Virus record (IMG/VR): IMGVR_UViG_3300028886_000061
Span: 9,635 to 73,634 of that record
DNA length: 64,000 nucleotides
Origin: a virus
Lineage: Duplodnaviria; Heunggongvirae; Uroviricota; Caudoviricetes
Strand: one strand, 5' to 3'
Position numbers and translations under genes: made by a program. How positions within the stretch are numbered: position 1 is the stretch's first letter; each line of letters starts with the position of its first letter. Below the pieces are notes generated by a model, which made no database searches, had not been told where the DNA came from, and saw only the letters and a program-made list of their open reading frames with translations. Positions 10,353 through 20,260 of the stretch are shown in pieces.

Positions 10353-11213
10353 ATGAAAATAGGTGCAATTAGTGATACCCACGGTATTCTCAACTATATT
10401 GAAGTAGACCAACAATGCGATGTATTGGTTATAGCTGGTGACTTTTCTCCACTGAAAATTCAACATGCAGTTTCCCACGAGGAAAAAAACAACACGATGA
10501 AGTGGTGGATCAGGAATATCTTTATTGACTGGCTTACCCAACTACCAGCAAAACATATTATAATCACACCGGGTAATCACGATTTTGTCACCGAAATGGA
10601 TTGGTTCAAGGAATGGATAAACGGTGTACTATACGAGAAGGGTGTTCATGATCGAATCCATTACCTTTGTAACGAACAAATAACAATTGACGATATTACC
10701 TTCTGGGGATGTCCTTATAGTGATCTTCCTGGATGGGCTTGGTATTCCGGTGGGGATCCTAAACCATATACTCCTCCAGAAGGCACCGATGTAATGATTG
10801 TGCATGCAGCACCAAACTATGGCGGACTTGGTGAAACTATCAATCGTTGGGGACACCAAGCAAACTACGGTTCGGAATATCTGGTTAATGCATTGGCAAA
10901 ATGCCAAGATCTTCCCAAGTTGCTTGTTTGTGGCCACATTCACGGTGGACAACATAAACCACAACTATACACACGAACTATCAAGGTCCTCGAACAACCA
11001 GCACCAAACGTTAAGGGTCTTGTAACAAAGAAAAAGCAACAAGGGTGTGTGATGGTTAATGTATCCATCAAAGATGAAGGATATAATGAATCATATACAC
11101 CGGCTACGATCGACTATGATTGTACAGTGGATCATATATCAAACACCATCTCCGTGAAACATATTCGTCAAGACTTTCTGGAAGATATTAATACTTTTAT
11201 ATTAAACCGATAA
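10353..11213 (+). CDS. calcineurin-like metallophosphoesterase
   Basis: Motifs DTHG, GDF, GNHD, GHIHG in canonical order. Confidence 0.65.
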   Translation: MKIGAISDTHGILNYIEVDQQCDVLVIAGDFSPLKIQHAVSHEEKNNTMKWWIRNIFIDWLTQLPAKHIIITPGNHDFVTEMDWFKEWINGVLYEKGVHDRIHYLCNEQITIDDITFWGCPYSDLPGWAWYSGGDPKPYTPPEGTDVMIVHAAPNYGGLGETINRWGHQANYGSEYLVNALAKCQDLPKLLVCGHIHGGQHKPQLYTRTIKVLEQPAPNVKGLVTKKKQQGCVMVNVSIKDEGYNESYTPATIDYDCTVDHISNTISVKHIRQDFLEDINTFILNR

Positions 11214-11267
11214 TTTCTGTTAATAATTTGTGGGTGTACTTTATATATACTTGTAATAATATTTAAT

Positions 11268-12245
11268 ATGGAAACTAACAAGCAATGGAGACCAGCTCCT
11301 AAACATAACCCATTGGCTCCATACAATCGAGCCAAACTCAAGGACGCTCGGTGGCATACACCGGAGGAGGCTGAGGCTATCAGCAAGGTCTACAATAAAT
11401 GGGCTCGTAAGCGCTGGAATAACACCAGATATGAATATTATATGGAACCCGAATATCAGCTCGAGGTCAAATTGCTTAATAAGTATGTGGGTAAGCCATT
11501 CACGACGTTTATGGAGGCTTGGTTGAAACGAACCCAAGTGCTTCGCGATAAGGGTGTTCCCTTGGAGTTGAGAGCTATTGCAACCGGTGGGCGTGATAGG
11601 TACTACTACAGGTTCTATGTGGATGAGAATGGCATAGTCCAACTTAATTCTAAATACTACCCTGAACATCCCAAGATGCTCAAACTGGCACCTAATGGTA
11701 AGACTATTTATGTACGGCTCAACCAGAAATTGATAGAGGCTTTTCCGCACATTTCCATAATACTTCAGAATAATCTGAGTATGATGAGTCGGAAGAAATT
11801 TGCGGGGTTTTGCAATGGTACCAGTATAGAGCTATCAAAATTCAAATCAATCAAAGATACACTGTGGTGGGATTGGAAATCCAGTCTGATGAAGTATTTC
11901 CATCGTAATGGAATAGAATACAATAAGGAATTTCGTAAAATATATGGAATACCTGAATCCGGTCACTACTACTATCCTAATATCATAAGGGATCTGGATG
12001 AACTCTGTGAGTTCGATGATCGCACCGAATACCTCTATGTCGAACGTGGATCCAAAGAGTACTATCGGTATTTCGCGGAGAAAGAGAAACAGGAATCCAA
12101 GAAGATGCGGGAGCTGCGTCAAAGAAGTAGAGAGAATACCCGGTGGGATGAGGATATCCTGAAAGACAATGAAAAACAATCGAAAATAAAATCCCAGGAA
12201 CGTTGGGAGAAAACAAAGAACAATTATTTCTTAATACCTGAATAA
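11268..12245 (+). CDS. hypothetical basic protein (325 aa)
   Basis: ORF; K/R/E-rich C-terminus. Confidence 0.45.
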   Translation: METNKQWRPAPKHNPLAPYNRAKLKDARWHTPEEAEAISKVYNKWARKRWNNTRYEYYMEPEYQLEVKLLNKYVGKPFTTFMEAWLKRTQVLRDKGVPLELRAIATGGRDRYYYRFYVDENGIVQLNSKYYPEHPKMLKLAPNGKTIYVRLNQKLIEAFPHISIILQNNLSMMSRKKFAGFCNGTSIELSKFKSIKDTLWWDWKSSLMKYFHRNGIEYNKEFRKIYGIPESGHYYYPNIIRDLDELCEFDDRTEYLYVERGSKEYYRYFAEKEKQESKKMRELRQRSRENTRWDEDILKDNEKQSKIKSQERWEKTKNNYFLIPE

Positions 12246-12247
12246 CT

Positions 12248-14117
12248 ATGAACGATCTTAAAATATTTGCAAAAACAGTTGAAAGTAGCGTATATGGACA
12301 GATCCAGCGCATGATGTCCCTGGATGCTTTCCGTAATGCTAAAATCCGCATTATGCCGGATACTCACGCCGGTATGGGTTGTGTGATTGGATTCACAGCA
12401 GCCCTGGGTGAGAAGGTAGTGCCTAACCTTGTCGGCGTAGATATCGGATGCTTTACAAAAGATACCAAGGTAAAACTCGCCGATGGACGTGATTTGAATT
12501 TTGAAGAGCTTATTAGCGAATATAATGAAGGAAAAATAAATTATTGTTATTCGTTTGATAATGAGGGACAAATCGTTATTTCAAGAATTGATGTTCCACG
12601 AAAAATCAAAACTGTGGATAAAATAGTTGAGATTTTACTTGATAATAATGAGATAATCCATTGCACAACAGATCATATATTTTATGATATTAATAGAAAC
12701 GAAATAAAAGCCGAAAATTTAAAACAAGGCACTTCGTTATATCCATTATATGTAGATATTGCAAAAAAAATCACGATGGAGAAATTCAAACCAAAAACAA
12801 CAATAATGGCAAAATAAGAAAACATCTTGAAAAATACACAGTCATATACCAACCAACATATCATAAATGGACTTATGCCCACGTATTGGCAGATGAATAT
12901 AATACGAGAATACTTGGAAGTAACCCAACTGGATCATATGTACGTCACCACAAAGATTTTAATTATCTGAACAACAATCCGGATAATATCCAAAGAATGA
13001 CGTATAAAGAACATTGGAATTTACATTCCAATATGGTTAAGGTCACTAATGAAATGGGTATTACTGGGTTCAAGGCAGTTGCTAAAAAACATCCGCAAAT
13101 ATATAGTGAGGCTGGTAAAAAAAGAGCAGAATCTACTTGGCGTGGGAAAAATGCAGCGAATAATTTAAAAAACATGAGTGAATTGACACAAAAACGAAAT
13201 GAATCTGGTGAATTAAATTCTCCAGCCCAACGAGAAGCTGCAAGGAAAAGTCAACTTGCTCATAATACAACCAAATTCGATACACAGAATAAAGATCCTC
13301 AATTTAAACTTATACAACAAATCGGTAAACTTAAAAAAATCCTCATATTATGTGGTAATGATTTTTCGCAGAAGTCATATGAAATAGCTCGTAAAAAAGT
13401 CTATAATGGATATACGTGGGAGAAAGCAAATGAGATATCAATAAAATCAAAAATGACATTTGAGGAGTTGATTGGATATAAAAATCATAAAGTTATTTCG
13501 GTAAGGATTATTGATGAAACTACTGATGTATATTGTCTTACTAATTTTGAATATGGTAACTTTGCTTTGAGTTCTGGTGTATTTGTTCATAATTGTGGCA
13601 TGTACGTCGTAAACTTGGGTCCTATTGACATCGACCTATCGGGGTTGGATAAGTTCATTCACGAGAACATCCCTTCTGGTAGCGATGTTAACGAGAAGCA
13701 GGGTACCCGTGTGGAGTTCCCAGAACTAAATGATATGAAGATGTATAAGCATCTCCGTAACATTCCTCACCTGCAGTCCTCCATTGGGTCATTGGGTGGC
13801 GGTAATCATTTCATCGAAGTAGACATTGCCGAGAATGGTGACAAGTATTTGGTGATACACACCGGTTCCCGTAACCTGGGTCAGCAGGTATGTAAGTACT
13901 ACCAATTATACGATATATGGCTACTCTCAAAATTATCAACGACAAAATCAACGAACGCGACTGGCTCGCCGCTCGCACCGAACTCGGTACCAGTATTTCC
14001 GCTTTCGCTTGGAAGGAAGCATTTCTTTTCAATTCGTCCAACGACACCACCCTCGAGAAGTCCGTCAAGGCCATAGAGTGGCTCATCAATCACGGCTATA
14101 TTTCCATCGAAAATTAA
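12248..14117 (+). CDS. rtcB: RtcB-family RNA ligase, interrupted by an HNH intein and by two frame disruptions; C-terminal catalytic third not found
   Basis: MPDTHAGMG and GVDIG|C..HN|CGM intein junction exactly at the conserved DIGCGM site; GGGNHFIE and HTGSRNLG motifs; homology resumes in another frame after about 13900 (RDWLAA..AFAWKEAFLF). Confidence 0.6.
12449..13593 (+). mobile_element. intein with HNH homing-endonuclease domain inserted in rtcB
   Basis: Starts with Cys after DIG, block-B TTDH, HNH-like YVRHHKD..NNNPDN..EHWNLH, ends FVHN followed by C-extein CGMYVV; length 1145 nt (not multiple of 3) because of A8 run. Confidence 0.65.
12763..12770 (+). other. A8 homopolymer at which the intein reading frame shifts (+1 nt needed to restore frame)
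   Basis: Frame 2 ORF ends shortly downstream; frame 1 continues with HNH motifs. Confidence 0.5.
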
Positions 14118-14759
14118 CTGTCAAACTTACAATAATGAAATACAGTAACACCAGTCAAATGAACACAGAATTTCCATACGACAAAGGAGGAAATACTCTT
14201 GAGGAAGTCATCGACAATATATTCGACAACCTCAAGCACAAGCACGAATCTGACGTAGAAGTCGTAACCCTTACCAGAAGCGGATTCAAAGAAATCTACG
14301 AACACATTGTAGAGTGGCAATTATTTAAAACAACAAATATACAGTATCATGAAAATACAAGTTCAAATATTTAAAGCCCAACGCTGGAATGACGAATTCA
14401 TTGAAGGTCAGCTTATCGTTGTCCAAGGTACTCCCTGCATAATACCACTTGACAACCATCTTCCTGGTCATCCTTGTGAGAACTGCATTGAATGGGACGG
14501 ACACCACCTCCACCAGGATGTCGATGCTCCTCTTTGGGTAAAAGCCGACTCTGTGGAATTTGTCCGCACCGAAGAAATAGAAATTTTATAACAAACAGTA
14601 ATATGACACAATATATCAGCAAAGACGCTTTAGTAGCGGAAATAAAGAAAAGAAAAGACAAAAATCAAAAAGTCTGTACTCCAGAAGGCAGCGGTGCGTA
14701 TTACGAGGATGGTTTTATTCTCGATATTATCAATTCTCTTGACACTTTTGAATTAAAAA

Positions 14760-15005
14760 ATGAAAAGGAGTTTTCAAAAAATACAAAAGGCATTGCGTGA
14801 AGCTAATGTGATTTATGAGCCTGGTACCAAGGTGAAGAAGTTTACAGATAAGCCGTTTAAGTCAGGTGCAAAAATCAACACGGTTAAAGGCGTTGTCAAT
14901 AGCCCATATAAAATCGATCCGGAAACCGGTAAAGGTGTTCTTTCTTATACTTTTGTTGAAGATGAAAGTATTGTTGAGTGCACCGCTTGCATAAAAGTAG
15001 AATAA
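14760..15005 (+). CDS. hypothetical protein (81 aa)
   Basis: ORF. Confidence 0.35.
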   Translation: MKRSFQKIQKALREANVIYEPGTKVKKFTDKPFKSGAKINTVKGVVNSPYKIDPETGKGVLSYTFVEDESIVECTACIKVE

Positions 15006-15018
15006 CACAACTATAACA

Positions 15019-15378
15019 ATGAAACGCTTACAAGAGCTTTACAAAGAGGTATATCAATGCCGTAAGAAATACGAAACCAAGCTTTCGAACACGAGCCTTG
15101 CAATCGCAATGCTTACTGCAGCCCAATACATTGAGGACGGTCACTTCGGTGATGGGGGTACTTACACGGACCCTATCATGAATGCATTTTGGGAGGAGAT
15201 GGAAGACAACTGGGCCCATTTTGGACAGTGCTCAATTGACCACGAACGAATCGTCAAGGCTCTCCGTTGGGGTACCCGTGCATTCAATGGTACAGATGCC
15301 TGGTTGGATGCCATTAAAACCCTTGATGATATCGACCTCGAACTCAACGAAGAACGTCAGGTTTGTATGTGTCAATAA
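15019..15378 (+). CDS. hypothetical protein (119 aa), GC-rich
   Basis: ORF. Confidence 0.4.
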   Translation: MKRLQELYKEVYQCRKKYETKLSNTSLAIAMLTAAQYIEDGHFGDGGTYTDPIMNAFWEEMEDNWAHFGQCSIDHERIVKALRWGTRAFNGTDAWLDAIKTLDDIDLELNEERQVCMCQ

Positions 15379-15414
15379 TTCGTAAATAATTATGTTAAGT
15401 TTTGTGTGTCTTCC

Positions 15415-15426
15415 TTTATATATAAT
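15415..15426 (+). promoter_or_regulatory. promoter-like box tttatatataat upstream of 15450
   Basis: Motif recurrence. Confidence 0.35.
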
Positions 15427-15449
15427 TAGAAACTAAAGAAGGGACAACA

Positions 15450-16172
15450 ATGAACATTTTAGACATTAAAGACGAGATCAAAGAGGCAAGACGCCTTCGC
15501 GATAACACCTCGGTGAAAATCAACGACTACAAGAAGAAGGGTAAGGACACGACAGACCTGGAGAAACAACTGCAGGGCCTTCGAGCTCGTGTTGCGGAGT
15601 TAACCGAGATGGAGAAACTTGCAAAGCAAACCCAAGCAGCTCAGATTGAGCGTGCAAGACATACCGTCCAGGGCGTCAGCCGTCCGGTTCAGATTCCGGA
15701 ATCTGCTTTGATTTCCAAGAGTGAGCAGGAACAGTTAAGGAAGCAGGCAAAGAAGGAGGTAAAGCAGGTAAAGAAGGAGGTAAAGTCCTGGACTAAAACA
15801 CAGCTGGAATCTTGCGAGCGTACTATGAATAAGATTCTGGAGGATAACGACTGGGTCCAGGGTTACCAGTTCCGTTCCAGCGAGTGGATGTTTATCAAAC
15901 ACATTCGCACCATTGTTCTTCCGGACTCGGTCGAACTGGAGTACATCATTCAATACAAGACTCGCAATCACCGTGTGGAGAAGACCGTTACCAAGTACTT
16001 CAATCCCCAGACCATTCAATCACTCAATAAATACATCGAGCAAGTGGAGCTATGGGTGATGTTGAATTCCGGTGATATGGATAACAAGGATATTCCATTC
16101 GGTGTTAGATTCAATCAAGTACAGTTCGAAAAGCAGGGTTATCCTGAAAAAGGATGGGTAATGTATAAATAA
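15450..16172 (+). CDS. hypothetical coiled-coil protein (240 aa)
   Basis: ORF; TATATA motif 15415-15426 upstream. Confidence 0.45.
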   Translation: MNILDIKDEIKEARRLRDNTSVKINDYKKKGKDTTDLEKQLQGLRARVAELTEMEKLAKQTQAAQIERARHTVQGVSRPVQIPESALISKSEQEQLRKQAKKEVKQVKKEVKSWTKTQLESCERTMNKILEDNDWVQGYQFRSSEWMFIKHIRTIVLPDSVELEYIIQYKTRNHRVEKTVTKYFNPQTIQSLNKYIEQVELWVMLNSGDMDNKDIPFGVRFNQVQFEKQGYPEKGWVMYK

Positions 16173-16179
16173 CAAAACT

Positions 16180-16491
16180 ATGGCAAAGTATATTATAGAA
16201 TACGAAATCCACGTAGGAGATAGTGTCCGGTTTCATAACGGAGACAAGTACCAATTTGGTATTGTCCAGGATATCTCACAATTGCCTGATATCTGGGTTG
16301 AAGGCTTCGAAGATGGTAAGTACAAACGTTGGTGCCGTGGGATTGACTCCCTGGAGATCATCAGTAGCGAACACGATTCCGGTGTCAGTACCAGGGTGGA
16401 GATCATAGCCGGTGAGGCAAAGAAGTTCGTCCACAAAGGTGATGTGGGTACGCCAGAGTACAAAGAGTTGATTTACACATACTTCAAATAA
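16180..16491 (+). CDS. hypothetical protein (103 aa)
   Basis: ORF. Confidence 0.4.
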   Translation: MAKYIIEYEIHVGDSVRFHNGDKYQFGIVQDISQLPDIWVEGFEDGKYKRWCRGIDSLEIISSEHDSGVSTRVEIIAGEAKKFVHKGDVGTPEYKELIYTYFK

Positions 16492-16498
16492 AAACGAT

Positions 16499-17038
16499 AT
16501 GGAAACCAAGGCATTTAGAACACTGATGTATTGTCAGATCCTCGAAGAACATAATGTTCTTACCGAAGAAGACTTCAAGGTGATCTGCGAGGAGATCAAG
16601 CGAGCTGGTATGAGCTACAAGTACATCATGCCCAAGATAATTCCCACCATTGGATTCATTGATGTGTACTACAAGAAACCACACGAATTTGTGGATGCCA
16701 ATGGTATTAAGTTCTGTATTGGCCCGTACAAGAGAACTATGGATCCCAAGAAGATATCCAATAAAATCGGTACGTTTACAATCTCCAAAGATTATCGCCG
16801 TGAAACGGAGGATCCCAACTCCAACCTTCCGTGGTTGACCCACTACACAGTGGACCTCAGATTATACGGTTATGCGTGGCCCTACGGATATAAACAGAGT
16901 ATATGTGGACATAATCCTGCCGGTATAGGGATGATATATGAATATGGTCCCGATATGGAAAGTTTCCGTCAGGATGTCCGTAAACAACTCGAGACCATCA
17001 AAAATTACATTGATAATGGTAAACCAGTAATAAAGTAA
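16499..17038 (+). CDS. hypothetical protein (179 aa)
   Basis: ORF. Confidence 0.4.
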   Translation: METKAFRTLMYCQILEEHNVLTEEDFKVICEEIKRAGMSYKYIMPKIIPTIGFIDVYYKKPHEFVDANGIKFCIGPYKRTMDPKKISNKIGTFTISKDYRRETEDPNSNLPWLTHYTVDLRLYGYAWPYGYKQSICGHNPAGIGMIYEYGPDMESFRQDVRKQLETIKNYIDNGKPVIK

Positions 17039-17042
17039 CAAT

Positions 17043-17276
17043 ATGAGTGAAAAAGATTTAAAAAACATCAAAAGTTCCATCCAGTTAGGATTCGAACTCT
17101 TCCGTAGGAAGGCAGCAGAGACCGGGGATTGCAGTTCCACCTGTCCATTTATCACTGAATGTAAACGCGGGAACAAGACTCTGTGTGAACTCATTCTCCA
17201 CTACCCAGCGGATCGCCTCGAGAAACCCTTTGAGGATCCACGCCAGTACAAAATGTTCGAGGAGGACAAGCAATGA
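17043..17276 (+). CDS. hypothetical protein (77 aa)
   Basis: ORF. Confidence 0.35.
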   Translation: MSEKDLKNIKSSIQLGFELFRRKAAETGDCSSTCPFITECKRGNKTLCELILHYPADRLEKPFEDPRQYKMFEEDKQ

Positions 17277-17644
17277 AGAAGATTCTATATATTATATCAC
17301 TGCTCGCATGCATTGTATTGTTCGGGAGTTGTGCCGGTAACAGCTGGGAGTATAAGGTCGAAGTGTCCTACTACTACGAGGATGAACCTGATAAGATTCT
17401 CACCTACGAGTTCAACGAGATTATGAGTCCCAATTCATTTGTTAAATCTGCCAAATTGGATGCATACACAAATGTATTTGATGACGGCCAAAGACTGGTT
17501 ACAATGTTGGTATGGAAATTCAATGGTTCCATAACCAGCACTCATACATACGAACGCGAGATAATAAAATGTCCCGGAAAGAAGATACGGCCGGTATGCA
17601 CCACTACCAAGTTCCTGGGTAGTACAGCATCAAAAACCCCTTAA
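17273..17644 (+). CDS. putative lipoprotein (123 aa)
   Basis: Signal peptide with lipobox LFGSC. Confidence 0.5.
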   Translation: MKKILYIISLLACIVLFGSCAGNSWEYKVEVSYYYEDEPDKILTYEFNEIMSPNSFVKSAKLDAYTNVFDDGQRLVTMLVWKFNGSITSTHTYEREIIKCPGKKIRPVCTTTKFLGSTASKTP

Positions 17645-17670
17645 ATTTTCAGTCTATTTGAATATTTTTA

Positions 17671-17697
17671 AAGGACATCGAAAGGTGTCCTTTTTTG
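17671..17697 (+). terminator. rho-independent terminator
   Basis: aaggaca/tgtcctt stem followed by tttttt. Confidence 0.65.
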
Positions 17698-17715
17698 AAA
17701 TAAACTTTATTGACT

Positions 17716-19293
17716 ATGTTATCAATTATAGTAGCATCCCATAACGATGAACAATATATTGAGAATACACTCGATGCAATAATCAATATCCAAGAAGTAC
17801 TTGAGACGGGTATTGAATGTATTATTGTGGATCGGAATAGTACGGATAATACCCAACAAATATGTAGAGGATATTGCGAGAACCATCCATTCATCAAATT
17901 AATCACTGAACAATCCGATGATAATGTATTGGCAACTGCTTTTAATACCGGTATGGATGTAATGAAGGGTGATCAGGTATTATTCCTCGAAGCCGGTTAT
18001 ATCCCGGATCCTAAATCCATACAAACATCATTGAATTGGTTAATGGAAGATAGTGATGCCCACTCGGTTGCCATAAATCGGTTCTATAAATTACATAAGC
18101 CAGATAACTATTATGAAATAATTGAACAATATTGGAATCCGGAATCAATGGTTGGACCTGAATTAAGTGGTTGTGTATTTAACACAAAACATCTTTATGG
18201 AGCAAAGTTTGATAATATACCAACATCCAGTGAGGTGTTCGCTATGAATGTTATATTATATAACTTCAATTATGTGCAGCATTATATTTGGGTTATTGAT
18301 GAGGACACCATCGGATTCACTAAATTACGGAAATCCCACGACTATGAATTTAATAAGAAACAATCAATAACTTATTCTGATTTCTCACATATTCAAGTAC
18401 AATACTTACAGTATTTACCTCCAACATACGGGTATAGATATGGCTTGGATGATAATCGCATATGTATAGAACGTGGTGATCGCCCAATATGGAATATGGA
18501 CTATCATGTTATAGATAGATGTAATTTAAATTGCAAATATTGCAACCATCTATGTCCTATTGTTCCATCCAATACTCCTCCAAAGACATTATACGAGATA
18601 TTCACTGATTTGGAGAAAATATCCAGATTCAAGGATATGATATCGAATTTTACAATCCTTGGTGGCGAACCGTTGTTGCATCCGGATCTCGGTATCATTT
18701 TGAAGAAAGCACGTGAGTTAATGCCAAACAACACCATTTGTCTTACAACAAACGGCACTATGTTCAAAAGATTGGAGGAACTCGCTCCCATCTTGAAGGA
18801 GAATAATATATACGTTACCCTATCATTATATCCGGTAAACAACACCGAGGAAATAGAAAATGTATTTAAAAAGTATATTCCACTTGCAAAGATGCATATT
18901 GTTCGTATTCCAACCAACGAGGGATTCGCTAAACGATTACTTCAAGAGGATGAACAAAAGGATATTGAACGTATATATAGATGTCCTCGTCGTAGAGCTT
19001 GTTGCCAGTTTGCTAATGGCAGAGTATATATATGTCATTACGGTGCAGCATTGCATTATCTAAAGGAAAAATTCGGAGATCGGGTTAAGATCGAAGATAA
19101 TGGTTTTATTGAAGTTACCGAAAATACCAAAGCCGGTGATATAATCAAATTCCTATATAATGATATACCTGATGTATGTAGACATTGTAATGATGTGAGT
19201 ATGTTCAATACAACCAGCGGTTTTTACGATTATGATTACGAGCCGTGGACCACATCTACCAAAGAACTTGAAGAATTTTATAAACATAATTAA
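17716..19293 (+). CDS. GT2-like glycosyltransferase domain fused to radical SAM (probably SPASM-type) domain
   Basis: N-terminal SIIVASHN..IIVDRNSTDNT GT2 fold with degenerate DxD (EAG); central CNLNCKYC CX3CX2C, GGEPLL, LTTNG; C-terminal extra Cys clusters; track start 17710 is TTG, ATG at 17716. Confidence 0.55.
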   Translation: MLSIIVASHNDEQYIENTLDAIINIQEVLETGIECIIVDRNSTDNTQQICRGYCENHPFIKLITEQSDDNVLATAFNTGMDVMKGDQVLFLEAGYIPDPKSIQTSLNWLMEDSDAHSVAINRFYKLHKPDNYYEIIEQYWNPESMVGPELSGCVFNTKHLYGAKFDNIPTSSEVFAMNVILYNFNYVQHYIWVIDEDTIGFTKLRKSHDYEFNKKQSITYSDFSHIQVQYLQYLPPTYGYRYGLDDNRICIERGDRPIWNMDYHVIDRCNLNCKYCNHLCPIVPSNTPPKTLYEIFTDLEKISRFKDMISNFTILGGEPLLHPDLGIILKKARELMPNNTICLTTNGTMFKRLEELAPILKENNIYVTLSLYPVNNTEEIENVFKKYIPLAKMHIVRIPTNEGFAKRLLQEDEQKDIERIYRCPRRRACCQFANGRVYICHYGAALHYLKEKFGDRVKIEDNGFIEVTENTKAGDIIKFLYNDIPDVCRHCNDVSMFNTTSGFYDYDYEPWTTSTKELEEFYKHN

Positions 19294-19295
19294 CA

Positions 19296-19799
19296 ATGAA
19301 ACGATTAGTATTAATTTTACTTTGCATCTTATTTGCATCCTGTTATAATATATATACGGTCACCACACCGGAGATGATGGATAGACACATCGAACAAACA
19401 AACCAAACAATTATTGACAATGGGTACCGATTAGAAACCTACGAATTTGACACTATACGTGAACGCATATATCACGAAAAGTTATATATGCAGGATAATG
19501 CATATTGTAAACAATACTGGTTCACCAAACCGGATGGTACCAATCTCCAGTATAATGTAAAATATCGAACTGATATCACCACAGATGAGATATACGTAAT
19601 ATATGTGGATACAGTGACCGTTATCCCGACAAATGTTCCTGATGATATGATGGATGTGGTGCAAAACGTGGCCAATCCACCCAGGGAAAAATTCAGGAAA
19701 CCAAACGATAGGACGTTATTGGGTATCGCCATTGGAGTGCCGTTTGGAAGTTTATTTGCATTCCTTACATGGACAGCAATTATTAATAGAAATCATTGA
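19296..19799 (+). CDS. putative lipoprotein with C-terminal TM helix (167 aa)
   Basis: Lipobox LFASC; hydrophobic C-terminal segment. Confidence 0.5.
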   Translation: MKRLVLILLCILFASCYNIYTVTTPEMMDRHIEQTNQTIIDNGYRLETYEFDTIRERIYHEKLYMQDNAYCKQYWFTKPDGTNLQYNVKYRTDITTDEIYVIYVDTVTVIPTNVPDDMMDVVQNVANPPREKFRKPNDRTLLGIAIGVPFGSLFAFLTWTAIINRNH

Positions 19800-19843
19800 G
19801 ATTTACTGACGTTAAACCATAAGCAAAACAGTCATATTTTTAT

Positions 19844-19875
19844 AGAGCTCTCCAATAAAAAACAGGGAGCTCTTT
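19844..19875 (+). terminator. rho-independent terminator
   Basis: agagctctcc/gggagctct hairpin then T-rich. Confidence 0.55.
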
Positions 19876-19903
19876 AATATTTTATATAAAGAATATTTGA
19901 ATT

Positions 19904-20260
19904 ATGGACATAGTCATCACAATACCAAAATCAATTAAATGGGAGGATTACCAGAAGGAGTTGAAGGTGGTAGAATCCGGTGAACAGACTATGTTCTTTA
20001 AGGTACCGACATTACCCAAAAAGGCGAATGTTGGAGATCGTTGTTATCTGTGTCATAATGGACGTGTGGTAGGATATATGGATATTACCTGGATAGGGAC
20101 TATGGATGGTTTCACATGCACGACCACTAATATTCCTTGGCCCAAAGGCAACTATATTGGTCGCTCCGGTAAGTTCACGTATATCAAATCTATGCTTATA
20201 CTTTATAAGGGTTTTCAAGGCTATCGTTATGCACCACAGGAATGGAGACAATTAAACTAA
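19904..20260 (+). CDS. hypothetical protein (118 aa)
   Basis: ORF. Confidence 0.4.
   Translation: MDIVITIPKSIKWEDYQKELKVVESGEQTMFFKVPTLPKKANVGDRCYLCHNGRVVGYMDITWIGTMDGFTCTTTNIPWPKGNYIGRSGKFTYIKSMLILYKGFQGYRYAPQEWRQLN

Noticed and set aside
10206-11750. Antisense ORFs 10206-10541 and 11241-11750
   Set aside because: Overlap well-supported + strand genes (metallophosphoesterase, 11268 ORF) and have no upstream signals
12886-14076. Second RtcB ORF taken as an independent gene starting at 12886
   Set aside because: Start is TTG inside the intein; reading frame is continuous upstream to 12697 and encodes the HNH part of the intein, so it is a frameshifted continuation
17085-17096. ggattcgaactc resembling a tRNA T-arm (reverse complement)
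   Set aside because: Inside CDS 17043-17276 and flanking sequence cannot form acceptor/T stems; no other tRNA-like cloverleaf found by eye
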